From contig CAZTJJ010000002.1 in the NCBI GenBank assembly GCA_964614065.1, positions 6,878 to 70,877 on the forward strand: DNA of 64,000 bases. Direction: 5' to 3'. The stretch is from an uncultured Thermotogae bacterium (GTDB taxonomy: Bacteria > Bipolaricaulota > Bipolaricaulia > M55B111). The position numbers and the translations under genes are program-made. Each line of letters begins with the position of its first letter. The first letter of the stretch is position 1. The notes beneath the pieces are model-generated. The model was not told the origin of the DNA. It made no database searches and worked only from the letters and a program-made list of their open reading frames with translations. Below, piece by piece: positions 6,710-16,629 of the stretch.

Positions 6710-9193
6710 ATGAGCAATATGTATAAAAAGTTCTCAAAAAAATCGATGGAAATAATGGCTACAGCCTATGACGAAGCGGAAAAACTCAACGACGGGGCTG
6801 TCTCGGTAGAGCACTTATTATTAGCTTTGCTAAAAGCCAAGAATACCAGAGTCTACAAGTTTCTAAAGGATAACGGCCTTTCCTATCATCACGTATTGCG
6901 CGTCGTAAAAAGGAACGAAGAAGAAGAACTATCCTTACCACTCCAAGGCGAATTAGAACCTACCTCCAAGCTCAAAAAAATAATGAAGATGGGCTATGAT
7001 GAAGCTAGGACTGACAAGGGAGAAAACAAAATAGAACCTGCTCATCTCCTTATAAGCATCTTAGAAGAAGGAAATGGAATCGCCTCCTCGGTTATCAATC
7101 AATTTGGAATCACAACTAGAAAGACACGAGCATACTTTTCCATGGTACATAAAGGCGAAGGCAAACAGGGTATGGAGTTAAAACTTCAATCGACTGAATC
7201 CGGGAAAACGGAGAATGGAGTACTGGAAGAGTTTGGCCGAAACTTGATTCGCGAAGCGCAAAACGACGAGCTGGACCCCGTAATAGGGCGAGAAGAGGAA
7301 ATAAACCGCGTAATTCAAACCCTAACCCGACGTAAGAAAAACAATCCCGTACTGATTGGCGAGGCCGGCGTGGGCAAAACAGCAATCGTAGAAGGATTAT
7401 CTCAAAGCATAGCCGATAAAGAAGTTCCGAGCATACTGACAAATAAAAAGATATTTGAAGTTGATATGGCGGCGATGGTGGCCGGTACAAAATATCGAGG
7501 AGAATTTGAACAAAGATTAAAAGCACTAATAAATGAGGTAACATCGCGAAAAAACGTAATATTGTTCATCGATGAACTAAGTACGGTCGTGGGAGCCGGT
7601 GGAGCAGAAGGAGCAATTGACGCTTCATCAATACTAAAGCCACCGCTGGCATCTGGCGCAATTCAGAGTATAGGTACCGCTACATTAGACGATTACCGAA
7701 AATCTGTGGAGAAAGACCCGGCGCTGAAAAGAAGATTTAAGACAATAATGGTCGAAGAGCCTACCATCAATCACACAATAAAAATTCTAAAGGGCCTTAG
7801 AAGTCGGTATGAAAACCATCATAACGTCAAGATAACTGACGAAGCAATCGAACAAGCAACTAGATTAAGCGATAGATATGTCACCGGACAGTTTTTGCCT
7901 GACAAGGCGATTGATCTTATTGACGAAACCTCAGCCAAGGTACGGTTAGACAATTTCAACCTGCCTCCCAAATTACGGAACATATCCAGAAAAAGAATTT
8001 CTATCCAAACCAAAGAGGAAAAAGCTATCGAAGAAGGAGACTACGAACTCGCTGCAGACCTACGAGATCAACGAGAAAAACTAGCAGAGGAATTAGATGA
8101 GATGAAGAACGACCAAACTGAATCTCACAATGGCGACAGCTTGGTTGAGGGGAAAGACATAGCAGAAATGGTTTCCTCCTGGACAGGGGTGCCTGTCGGT
8201 CGCTTGCAGAAAGAAGAAAGGAAACGAATGGTGGACATGGAAAAAGAAATTCATAAACGGTTGATAGGCCAAAATGAGGCAGTCAACGCCATATCTCAAT
8301 CATTAAGGAGAGCTTATGCCGGGATTAAAGACCCCAATAGACCTATCGGCTCGTTTATGTTCCTTGGACCAACGGGTGTCGGTAAAACCGAATTAAGCAA
8401 GACCCTGGCCGAATTCTTGTTCGGCGACGAAGAAGCACTCATTCGGGTGGACATGTCGGAGTACATGGAAAAGTTCAATGTGTCGCGATTAACAGGTGCA
8501 CCGCCAGGCTATGTTGGTTACGAAGAAGCCGGAAAGTTAACAGAAGCAGTTAGACATCGACCTCATTCTGTCATTCTCTTTGACGAAATAGAGAAAGCTC
8601 ACAACGACGTCTTTAACATCTTGCTCCAGGTAATGGAGGATGGCATCTTAACCGATTCTCAAGGACGTAAGATTAACTTTAGAAACACAGTCATGATAAT
8701 GACTTCAAACCTTGGTGGAAAACTAATAACCGACAAAGCACAACTGGGATTTGGCTCAAAAGAAATAGATTCCAAGGAATCTTACAAAGAAATGAAGAAA
8801 ATGGTGATGGACAAGGTAAAAGACGAATTTAGACCAGAATTCATCAATAGACTTGATGATCTAGTGGTATTCCATCAACTGACAGAAAAAGAGCTATTCA
8901 ATATTGCCGACTTGATGTTAGATCAATTGCGATCTAGATTACTCGAAAAACACGCACTCGGCTTAGAACTCACCGCTGACGCTAAAGAGCTTTTGGTAGA
9001 CGAGGGATACGATCCAAAATATGGCGCCAGACCCATGAGGCGAGCCATAGAAAACCTAATCGAAAATAAAATCTCAGACCGTTTACTCCAGGATGACTTT
9101 GCCGACAATAATATCATCAAAGTGGATACTATCGACGAAAATATCTCAGTGGAGGGGATCAACACCAGAAGTACAGTTGGCGTTGGAGATTGA
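6710..9193 (+). CDS. clpC: ATP-dependent Clp protease ATPase ClpC
   Basis: Clp N-domain, two AAA modules (GEAGVGKT and GPTGVGKT), UVR coiled coil (AIEEGDYELAADLRD), GAPPGYVGYEE. Confidence 0.95.
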   Translation: MSNMYKKFSKKSMEIMATAYDEAEKLNDGAVSVEHLLLALLKAKNTRVYKFLKDNGLSYHHVLRVVKRNEEEELSLPLQGELEPTSKLKKIMKMGYDEARTDKGENKIEPAHLLISILEEGNGIASSVINQFGITTRKTRAYFSMVHKGEGKQGMELKLQSTESGKTENGVLEEFGRNLIREAQNDELDPVIGREEEINRVIQTLTRRKKNNPVLIGEAGVGKTAIVEGLSQSIADKEVPSILTNKKIFEVDMAAMVAGTKYRGEFEQRLKALINEVTSRKNVILFIDELSTVVGAGGAEGAIDASSILKPPLASGAIQSIGTATLDDYRKSVEKDPALKRRFKTIMVEEPTINHTIKILKGLRSRYENHHNVKITDEAIEQATRLSDRYVTGQFLPDKAIDLIDETSAKVRLDNFNLPPKLRNISRKRISIQTKEEKAIEEGDYELAADLRDQREKLAEELDEMKNDQTESHNGDSLVEGKDIAEMVSSWTGVPVGRLQKEERKRMVDMEKEIHKRLIGQNEAVNAISQSLRRAYAGIKDPNRPIGSFMFLGPTGVGKTELSKTLAEFLFGDEEALIRVDMSEYMEKFNVSRLTGAPPGYVGYEEAGKLTEAVRHRPHSVILFDEIEKAHNDVFNILLQVMEDGILTDSQGRKINFRNTVMIMTSNLGGKLITDKAQLGFGSKEIDSKESYKEMKKMVMDKVKDEFRPEFINRLDDLVVFHQLTEKELFNIADLMLDQLRSRLLEKHALGLELTADAKELLVDEGYDPKYGARPMRRAIENLIENKISDRLLQDDFADNNIIKVDTIDENISVEGINTRSTVGVGD

Positions 9194-9199
9194 TAGTGA

Positions 9200-10561
9200 A
9201 TGGCCTATAAATGCACCAACTGTGGTTTCACCTCTGTCGAATGGCTTGGGCGCTGTCCAAAATGTGGTCAATGGGACACGTTCAAAGAATCTTTTCCGTC
9301 CGAAAAAGATAAATTAGTCGAAGAATCGCCCTCTGGCGCGGATAAACTAACCCCTCTCTCGGATATAACCCCACATTCCCATAACCGATTAACTACACAT
9401 ATCGGCGAGTTTGATCGTGCCCTGGGTGGGGGTTTAGTTCGTGGATCGGTCGTACTGCTTGGAGGCGAGCCCGGAATAGGTAAATCGACACTAATGCTTC
9501 AATTAGCGGCAAGCTTGGCGACACAGGGTAAAGTACTCTATATTTCCGGAGAGGAATCGGCCAGACAGTTAAAAAGAAGGGCGAACAGGTTAAATCTATC
9601 ATCGGAAAACCTTATAATTTATAGTGGTGGAAATCTCGAAAAGGCAATAAGTAATTTGGCTCAATTAGACCCTCTTTGTGCTATCGTAGATTCCATTCAA
9701 TCAATACATAGCGTTAACAATTCTTCAACCTTAGGCAGTACAAAACAAGTAAGGAAACTGGGGCAAAGTTTTACCCGAGTAGCAAAGCAAAAAGAGATTA
9801 CGACTTTATTGATTGGCCACGTAACCAAGGCTGGTGATTTTTCTGGGCCAAAGACTATCGAACACCTAGTAGATGCCACCATATACTTCGAAGGCAAACA
9901 AGAAAGCAACCTACGCATGCTTCGACCCGAAAAGAACAGATTTGGCTCCACCCAACTGCTGGGGTTGTTTCAGATGAAGAAAGATGGATTGTTTGGAATA
10001 CCAAATCCATCCAGGTTTTTTGCTACAAACCTGAAAGACTCAAATCAACCCGGAGCAGTTACTGTCTGCAGTATGGAAGGTAACCGACCAATAATGGTAG
10101 AAATCCAAGCTCTCGTAACACATGCTAATTACGGTGGTAGTGCTCAGCGAAAAACAACGGGCTTGGACTACAACAGGGCTTCGCTGCTCCTTGCAGTGTT
10201 GAACAAACAAACAAATATAAACCTGGAAGGATTTGATATCTTCTTAAATGTCGTTGGGGGGTTTAAGATCAGCGAGACTGCTGCCGATCTAGCAATTGCT
10301 ACTGCCATAGTTTCCAGTTTCTATAACACTAAATTGCCAAAAAGAACAGTAATACTGGGCGAGATCGGGCTAAGCGGAGAAGTCAGGGCGATCCAAAACT
10401 TGCAATCCCGAATTTCGGAAGCAGAAAAACTCGGTTACCAAAAAATGTTCGTTCCCGCCAGTAACCAAAGTATCAATCAGAATAAAATTACACTTAATCT
10501 TAACAAGGTAAATAACTTATCCGAGACTTTTTCTCGCCTCAACTTGGAGGGTGGACAATGA
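9200..10561 (+). CDS. radA: DNA repair protein RadA/Sms
   Basis: CTNC..CPKC zinc finger, GGEPGIGKST, KNRFG motif, Lon-like C-terminus. Confidence 0.96.
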   Translation: MAYKCTNCGFTSVEWLGRCPKCGQWDTFKESFPSEKDKLVEESPSGADKLTPLSDITPHSHNRLTTHIGEFDRALGGGLVRGSVVLLGGEPGIGKSTLMLQLAASLATQGKVLYISGEESARQLKRRANRLNLSSENLIIYSGGNLEKAISNLAQLDPLCAIVDSIQSIHSVNNSSTLGSTKQVRKLGQSFTRVAKQKEITTLLIGHVTKAGDFSGPKTIEHLVDATIYFEGKQESNLRMLRPEKNRFGSTQLLGLFQMKKDGLFGIPNPSRFFATNLKDSNQPGAVTVCSMEGNRPIMVEIQALVTHANYGGSAQRKTTGLDYNRASLLLAVLNKQTNINLEGFDIFLNVVGGFKISETAADLAIATAIVSSFYNTKLPKRTVILGEIGLSGEVRAIQNLQSRISEAEKLGYQKMFVPASNQSINQNKITLNLNKVNNLSETFSRLNLEGGQ

Positions 10562-11619
10562 GTCTTGATTCATTAGAAGAACTGTTAGAACAAATTGCGC
10601 CAGGGGCCATTCTCCGGGATGCCTTAGACAGAATTGTCGAGCAGAGCCACGGAGGATTAATAGTCCTATCGCAGTTGGACAAAATACGGGAAATTATCAC
10701 TTCAGGCTTTAGACTGGAGGCCGAGGTAACCGCTCAACGATTGAGTGAACTGTCAAAAATGGATGGTGCCATCATACTTGAAGATAATCTATCAACAATT
10801 AGCTACGCTAATGCCCACTTAGCACCAGATCCTACTATTGAAAGTTTGGAAACTGGCACAAGACACAAAGCAGCCGAACAAACAGCAAAGCAATTCAAAA
10901 TACCGGTAATCGCAATATCGGAAAGAAGGAACAGAGTAACCATTTACATCAACAACGAACGTTACATCCTTAGAGATATTTCCACGATAATCTCAAAAGT
11001 AAACCAGGCTCTTTTAATTATGGAACAGTATCGGGGGAACTACGACGACGATCTACAAGAATTAACAGCGCTCGAATTGGACGGAAACGTTCTGCCATTT
11101 CACGTAGTTAACCCAATTACCACCATAGGGCAAATGATGACGCTAAAAAGTGAAATAAATCGAATGTTTCTCGAGCTCGGTGAGGAAAAGACGTTGCCAA
11201 GTAGACAACTCGAAAACATGATGTCCGGCATCGAAGCAGATCTCAGATTTATCATAAAGGATTTCAAGAAAGATAGTCCAAAAGACGTGGAACCTCTAGA
11301 GAACGAGATAATAGAACTCTGTTCGGACACACCGCCATCAACCAAACGCGTGATGGAACTTCTTGGGTACGATGAAGAAGATCTTGACGAATTTCTTTCA
11401 TCACGAGGATACAGGATTCTCCATAAGATACCTCGATTACCGCACGTGGTTATCGAGAGAATCGTAGACAAATTCGGAAGGCTAGAGGAGATCCTAAAAG
11501 CAAAAAGGCAAGAATTAGAAGACGTAAAAGGAGTAGCGGAAACTAGATCCAACACAATAAAGGCTGGACTTCAGAGATTAGAAAACAGAATTACTATAAT
11601 GGAGGATTTAGAACGTTGA
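10558..11619 (+). CDS. disA: DNA integrity scanning diadenylate cyclase DisA
   Basis: DAC motifs MDGA and ETGTRH(K), linker and C-terminal HhH (EDVKGVAETR); radA-disA synteny. Confidence 0.93.
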   Translation: MSLDSLEELLEQIAPGAILRDALDRIVEQSHGGLIVLSQLDKIREIITSGFRLEAEVTAQRLSELSKMDGAIILEDNLSTISYANAHLAPDPTIESLETGTRHKAAEQTAKQFKIPVIAISERRNRVTIYINNERYILRDISTIISKVNQALLIMEQYRGNYDDDLQELTALELDGNVLPFHVVNPITTIGQMMTLKSEINRMFLELGEEKTLPSRQLENMMSGIEADLRFIIKDFKKDSPKDVEPLENEIIELCSDTPPSTKRVMELLGYDEEDLDEFLSSRGYRILHKIPRLPHVVIERIVDKFGRLEEILKAKRQELEDVKGVAETRSNTIKAGLQRLENRITIMEDLER

Positions 11620-12437
11620 ACGAAAGAGACAAATTAACTAGATCCGTCAACTGGATACATGAACGCATAGATACTTTGCCAAACATCGGGATGATCCTGG
11701 GATCAGGTCTATCCGAAAGCCTTAATTTCCTCCAAGAAGTAACCGAACTGAATTGGCGAGATATCCCCGGTTTTCCACAACCAACTGTAAAAGGACACTC
11801 TGGCAAACTACTCATCGGGGAGATTTATGGAGAGCCAGTTTTAGTCCAACAAGGCCGAATTCATTGGTACGAAGGGCAGGACTGGGAGAACGTGTTATTC
11901 CCAGTTAGGGTCCAGACACTGTTGGGCGTAGAGAAGTTAATTATTACTAACGCAGCGGGAGGTATAAATCGGAATCTTCTTCCTGGAGACCTGGTGCTTA
12001 TCACCGATCACATAAACTTCTGTGGAGACAACCCACTCCGTGGGCCAAACGACGAGAGATTTGGGCTGAGGTTTCCAGACCTTACCAATGCTTATAGTAA
12101 AGACCTCGGGGCTAGAGCAGAGGCGGCCGCAACAAAACTGGACATGAATCTAAAATCCGGTGTCTACGTCATGACAACAGGCCCAAGTTACGAGACCCCT
12201 GCTGAAATTCGCGCTTTGAGAGCGCTAGGAGCAGATTTAGTGGGAATGTCGACCGTTCCAGAGGTAATAGCCGCCCGCCATGCGAATGTAGAGGTGCTCG
12301 CAATATCCTGTGTAACAAACAAGGCTGCGGGGATGCAGGATCAATTAACCCACGAAGAAGTAATTCAAGTAACTACAAACACAAACGATAAGCTAGGAAG
12401 ATTAATCCAAGAGATTGTAAACTTATTTGATAACTAG
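11616..12437 (+). CDS. punA: Purine nucleoside phosphorylase (trimeric family)
   Basis: ILGSGL, GHSGKL, QGRIHWYEG, TNAAGG, GPSYETPAE, VGMSTVPE, ISCVTN. Confidence 0.93.
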   Translation: MNERDKLTRSVNWIHERIDTLPNIGMILGSGLSESLNFLQEVTELNWRDIPGFPQPTVKGHSGKLLIGEIYGEPVLVQQGRIHWYEGQDWENVLFPVRVQTLLGVEKLIITNAAGGINRNLLPGDLVLITDHINFCGDNPLRGPNDERFGLRFPDLTNAYSKDLGARAEAAATKLDMNLKSGVYVMTTGPSYETPAEIRALRALGADLVGMSTVPEVIAARHANVEVLAISCVTNKAAGMQDQLTHEEVIQVTTNTNDKLGRLIQEIVNLFDN

Positions 12438-12503
12438 GAACTCCGGTCAGGGATTATCGATATGAGTCCTTTTGGAGGATAGAGCTAGGCTTAGTGGGAA
12501 TAA

Positions 12504-13460
12504 TTACTCTTCCTTCGTAACTCGCTTAAAGCTACCTATGTTTCTGTATCGTTCGTGCCGCTTGGCCAGAAGCGTCTCCCGGTCTAGCTCAAGTAATTGA
12601 CTCAAATTTCGATTCAAAGACTCCTCAAGACTTGACACGGTAACCTCGAGATTTTTGTGAGCACCCTCTGGGCCTTCACCGATGATCTCATCCACAATCC
12701 CGAGCTCCTTTGCGTGATCCGCAGTTAACCTTAACGCGCGAGCGGCTTCATCGGCGCTATTTTCATCATTCCACAAGATAGCTGCACAACCTTCAGGCGA
12801 AATAACCGAGTATATAGAATTTTCTAACATTAACACTCTATCAGCTGCCCCGATCGCTACCGCACCACCGCTACCACCTTCACCAATAACCACAGACATG
12901 GTGGGTACGTCAACTGACACCATCTTTGATATACTTCTGGCGATCATTCCCCCGATGTTCTTTTCCTCAGCGTCCTTGCCCGGGTAAGCTCCCGGTGTAT
13001 CGATTAAAGTCAAAATAGGGAAACCAAACTTCTCCGCCAGATCCATTAATCGGTGAGCTTTTCTATAACCTTCTGAACGGAGCATTCCGAAGTTTGTTTC
13101 TTTGGACTTCGATGCGTTCCCCCCCTTGCTTTGGGCAATCACCATTACAGACTGCTCATTAAACTTTGCCATTCCCCCAATTAAAGCTTTATCGTCCCCC
13201 AGTAGACGATCTCCATGAAGAGAATAAAAATCGTCAGTTAGCCTATCGATATAAACCTTGGAACTTGGTCTATCCGGGTGCCGTGCAAGCTTAACGATAT
13301 CCCACTCATCCAGTTCTTCCTTGGCACTTTCCTGTCTTTCAGCCAATTTTTCAGCCAAGTTATCAATTTCCGCAGAGAGATCCAATCCATTCTTGGCATT
13401 GAGGTTTTTGAGCTGCTCTATCTGTTTCTCCAGCTCTTGTAGCGTTCTTTTTTCACTCAT
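12504..13460 (-). CDS. accA: Acetyl-CoA carboxylase carboxyltransferase alpha subunit
   Basis: LARHPDRP, EGYRKAHRLM, IDTPGAYPG, IGEGGSGGA, SVISPEGCAAILW. Confidence 0.96.
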   Translation of the reverse strand: MSEKRTLQELEKQIEQLKNLNAKNGLDLSAEIDNLAEKLAERQESAKEELDEWDIVKLARHPDRPSSKVYIDRLTDDFYSLHGDRLLGDDKALIGGMAKFNEQSVMVIAQSKGGNASKSKETNFGMLRSEGYRKAHRLMDLAEKFGFPILTLIDTPGAYPGKDAEEKNIGGMIARSISKMVSVDVPTMSVVIGEGGSGGAVAIGAADRVLMLENSIYSVISPEGCAAILWNDENSADEAARALRLTADHAKELGIVDEIIGEGPEGAHKNLEVTVSSLEESLNRNLSQLLELDRETLLAKRHERYRNIGSFKRVTKEE

Positions 13461-13466
13461 AGCAAT

Positions 13467-14303
13467 TCAAAAGAATTTCAGGACTTCTGACAATTCAGAT
13501 CTGAGGTTATCTCTTTCCACTACAGCATCTACCATGCCATGATCGTAGGCAAATTGACTTGACTGAAAATCTGGAGGCAATTCTTCACCTATTGTCTTTT
13601 CGATAACGTTCCTCCCGGCAAAACCGATCAACGCTCCTTTTTCTGCCAGTATGATATCACCAAGACTGGCAACGCTCGCTTCTACTCCAGCGGTCGTTGG
13701 ATAGGTCATGATCGAAATAAAAGGTAAGCCTTCCCGGTCAAGGAGGTTTCTAGCAGAAGTCGTTTTCACCATTTGTAGAAGTGATAGGAGGCCTTCCTGC
13801 ATCCTCGCTCCGCCCGAGGAAGAAACTAGAACAAACGGAAACTTCTTTTCAGCAGCGAGTTCAATTCCGTTAACGATTTGTTCGCCGACCACAGAACCCA
13901 TGGACCCGCCAATAAATCTAAAGTCCATCACTGCCAGAACCAATGACATGCTCTCTATCTCCGCGGTGCCGGCTATAATGGCATCAAACATTCCGGTTTC
14001 CTTCTGGGCCTCATTCACTCTCTGTTCATAGGGCTTCACATCGATAAACCCCAGAGGGTCATCGGATTCTATCCTCCTCGTTTCGTCCACAAACGACTCC
14101 GAATCAACTAACGTCTTGATCCTTTCCTTGGCGGTCAAAAAGAAGTAAGCTCCACAATTGGGGCAAATATGGTTGTTCTCTTGCAATTTCTTTTTGAATA
14201 TAAGTTTGCCACAAGACTTACATTTGACCCACAGGGCCTCATCCTTTTCTTGTTTTTCCTCAAAATCAACCCTTAAATATTCCTCGTCACGAAACAGTGG
14301 CAT
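13467..14303 (-). CDS. accD: Acetyl-CoA carboxylase carboxyltransferase beta subunit
   Basis: LWVKCKSC..CPNC zinc finger, MDFRFIGGSMGSVVGE, SGGARMQEG, IGFAGRNVIE. Confidence 0.96.
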   Translation of the reverse strand: MPLFRDEEYLRVDFEEKQEKDEALWVKCKSCGKLIFKKKLQENNHICPNCGAYFFLTAKERIKTLVDSESFVDETRRIESDDPLGFIDVKPYEQRVNEAQKETGMFDAIIAGTAEIESMSLVLAVMDFRFIGGSMGSVVGEQIVNGIELAAEKKFPFVLVSSSGGARMQEGLLSLLQMVKTTSARNLLDREGLPFISIMTYPTTAGVEASVASLGDIILAEKGALIGFAGRNVIEKTIGEELPPDFQSSQFAYDHGMVDAVVERDNLRSELSEVLKFF

Positions 14304-14305
14304 AC

Positions 14306-14977
14306 TTACTGGTCACCCATAAGTTCCTCTCCAACTCTATTGTCCAAAAATTTGGCTGGTATTACAATGCCCATAGATAGAACAAGCCTTAAACCTTCTT
14401 CTATGGTAAGACCAAGATAAGTCAGATCTTCTTTGGGTACTATTACTATCATGCCACTCAGCGGGTTAGGAGTTGTGAATATGAAAACAGCAACGACCTC
14501 ATCTCCAATAATTTGGTTCAATTTGCCGAGTTTGTTATTTGTGACAAACCCCACGGTATAACATCCCTTTCTTGGATACTCCAGTAGTACAACGTCCCGA
14601 AACGTAGAGGAATTACGGCTCAGTATAGCATTGATAATCTGTTTAACAGTAATATACATCTTGTTTACAATGGGGGTTGAACCGATAGCTCGGTCAATTA
14701 AAGAATAGACCTTTCTTCCCACGTAGATTCTGGTAATTACACCCATAAAAACTATTAATAGAAGTGTAAAGATCGCACCTATCCCCGGAAACCACTCCTG
14801 ACCGATTGTCATCATCAAAAAATTACTGATGAGGTTTCCGAAGTCCGATCCTCTGCCCGTAAACCTCACTATCATACGATATATCAACCACAAAACATAA
14901 AAAGTAAGGCCCACTGGCAAGATGACAAGCAAACCGTTAATAAAACTGTTCTTAAGATACGCCAAAACCCTGCGCAT
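14306..14977 (-). CDS. DUF502 family membrane protein
   Basis: GLLVILPVGLT, two TM segments, VVLLEYPRKG..VGFVT, FIFTTPNPLSG, EEGLRLVLSMG. Confidence 0.85.
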   Translation of the reverse strand: MRRVLAYLKNSFINGLLVILPVGLTFYVLWLIYRMIVRFTGRGSDFGNLISNFLMMTIGQEWFPGIGAIFTLLLIVFMGVITRIYVGRKVYSLIDRAIGSTPIVNKMYITVKQIINAILSRNSSTFRDVVLLEYPRKGCYTVGFVTNNKLGKLNQIIGDEVVAVFIFTTPNPLSGMIVIVPKEDLTYLGLTIEEGLRLVLSMGIVIPAKFLDNRVGEELMGDQ

Positions 14978-15083
14978 ATGTCCCTCTCTAAGTTAACATT
15001 TGTGATATTAATTCTACATAACTTGAGTTATTCTGACACGTTCTTTATAACATTAGGCTATTCGTATGTTCAATTCCATGTGG

Positions 15084-15112
15084 TTGGAACGGGGTATTTA
15101 TTATAATATAAT
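15084..15112 (+). promoter_or_regulatory. Putative sigma70 promoter giving a leaderless RHH mRNA
   Basis: TTGGAA (15084-15089), 17 bp, TATAAT (15107-15112); ATG 15120 lies 7 nt after the -10. Confidence 0.5.
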
Positions 15113-15119
15113 CAGGTTA

Positions 15120-15296
15120 ATGAGAAGAGTAAATTGGACAATAACCGAAAAACAACATAAAGAATTGCAGCGTCTATCACGTAGAACGGGGCTTCCTATT
15201 TCAGAGCTTGTCAGACGCTCTTTGGATAAGTATCTTGGATTAGTTGGGGAAGAACCTCTTCGCAATATCGATGATGAAATGAATCATTCTTCTTAA
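15120..15296 (+). CDS. Ribbon-helix-helix (CopG/Arc/MetJ-like) DNA-binding protein, 58 aa
   Basis: MRRVNWTITEKQHKELQRLSRRTGLPISELVRRSLDKYL fits the beta-strand, helix, G-x-x-S-E-L-V-R helix pattern. Confidence 0.8.
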   Translation: MRRVNWTITEKQHKELQRLSRRTGLPISELVRRSLDKYLGLVGEEPLRNIDDEMNHSS

Positions 15297-15313
15297 ATGT
15301 ATAGGAGGTAATT

Positions 15314-16471
15314 ATTTTTAACGTAGCATCAGAAAAGGAAATAAAGGGAGGAAAAGTAACTGATGTATATTTCAAGCGCACCCAAGAAATACTCAGGAAA
15401 AACGATATCGATAAACATGTCAAGATGGAGATTAGAACCAAATCGATCCCTGGAAAAGAAGCTGGTGTGTTTGCCGGCTTGGATGAAACCTTAGAGTTAC
15501 TCCAAAACACCGGCATGTCCGTTTGGTCAATTCCAGAAGGAAGCTCATTCCTCCCTTACGAACCGGTTATGATAGTCGAAGGTTTGTACCGGAGCTTTTC
15601 CCCTATGGAAACCCCTCTCCTCGGTTTTATATGCCAAGCAAGTGGCATCGCCACAAAGGCTCGGATAATAACCAGAGCTGCGAAAGACAAACCCGTCTTC
15701 CATTTCGGCTCGCGGAGGATGCATCCAGCAATTGCACCTATGATTGGTAGAAGCGCATACATAGGTGGTTGCGATGGTGTTGCAGTAACGAAAACTGCAA
15801 AAATGCTCGGCCTGGAACCCGTAGGCACGATCCCCCATGCCTTAATCCTCCTGCTGGAGGATTCCACGACTGCAACTGGTATGTTTGAAGAAATCTTCGG
15901 AGACAAAATCAACACCGTAGCACTTGTTGATACTTTCGGCGATGAAAAATTCGAAGCGCTGGAAAACGCTGATCTGACCGAGGGATTAAACGCTGTCAGG
16001 CTGGACACTCCCTCCTCACGTAGAGGTAGTATGCTCCAGATTGCTAAAGAGGTCAGATGGGAACTTGATCTGCACGGCTTTCAAGACGTCGATATCTTTA
16101 TCTCGGGGGGGCTCAACGAAAACACCATTCCCGAGCTAAACGAGATCGCCAGTGCATATGGCGTTGGAACATCAATTTCCAACGCACCCGTCGTCGATTA
16201 CTCACTGGATATTGTTGAAATCGAAGGGGAACCAATCGCCAAGCGCGGAAAACGTTCAGGAGCCAAGCAGCTCTATGTGTGTGACAAATGTGGGAATAGA
16301 GAGGTAACTCCATGGAACGTGGACGAGCTTAACTGCCCGGTCTGCGGCCGCCCAATGTCAAAACAATTAGTAAAAATGATAGAGGACGGGAAAATTATCG
16401 CGGATGATCGGTCAGCTCAAGAAATAAAAGAGTACTCCTTACAGAATTCGATAGAAGTCGAGGAGGAATAG
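15314..16471 (+). CDS. pncB: Nicotinate phosphoribosyltransferase (archaeal/Thermoplasma-like type), probable ATT start
   Basis: FGSRR, GTIPHA, LVDTF, VRLDTPSSRRG, ISGGL, YGVGT; the conserved N-terminus FNVASEKEIKGGKVTDVYFKRT lies upstream of the ORF-track ATG (15425). Confidence 0.88.
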   Translation: MFNVASEKEIKGGKVTDVYFKRTQEILRKNDIDKHVKMEIRTKSIPGKEAGVFAGLDETLELLQNTGMSVWSIPEGSSFLPYEPVMIVEGLYRSFSPMETPLLGFICQASGIATKARIITRAAKDKPVFHFGSRRMHPAIAPMIGRSAYIGGCDGVAVTKTAKMLGLEPVGTIPHALILLLEDSTTATGMFEEIFGDKINTVALVDTFGDEKFEALENADLTEGLNAVRLDTPSSRRGSMLQIAKEVRWELDLHGFQDVDIFISGGLNENTIPELNEIASAYGVGTSISNAPVVDYSLDIVEIEGEPIAKRGKRSGAKQLYVCDKCGNREVTPWNVDELNCPVCGRPMSKQLVKMIEDGKIIADDRSAQEIKEYSLQNSIEVEEE

Positions 16472-16629
16472 AGATTCGGCAATCAGCGTGGAAACGAATC
16501 CGAATTCTTAAGACACAGTCCAACAATTGAAACCTTCATACTTTATTCACATCCATTGCATATGCTGTTTAACAGTATGTTGAATTAACCCTAATGATAA
16601 CTAACAATTACTCTACTGAGGTGATATTG

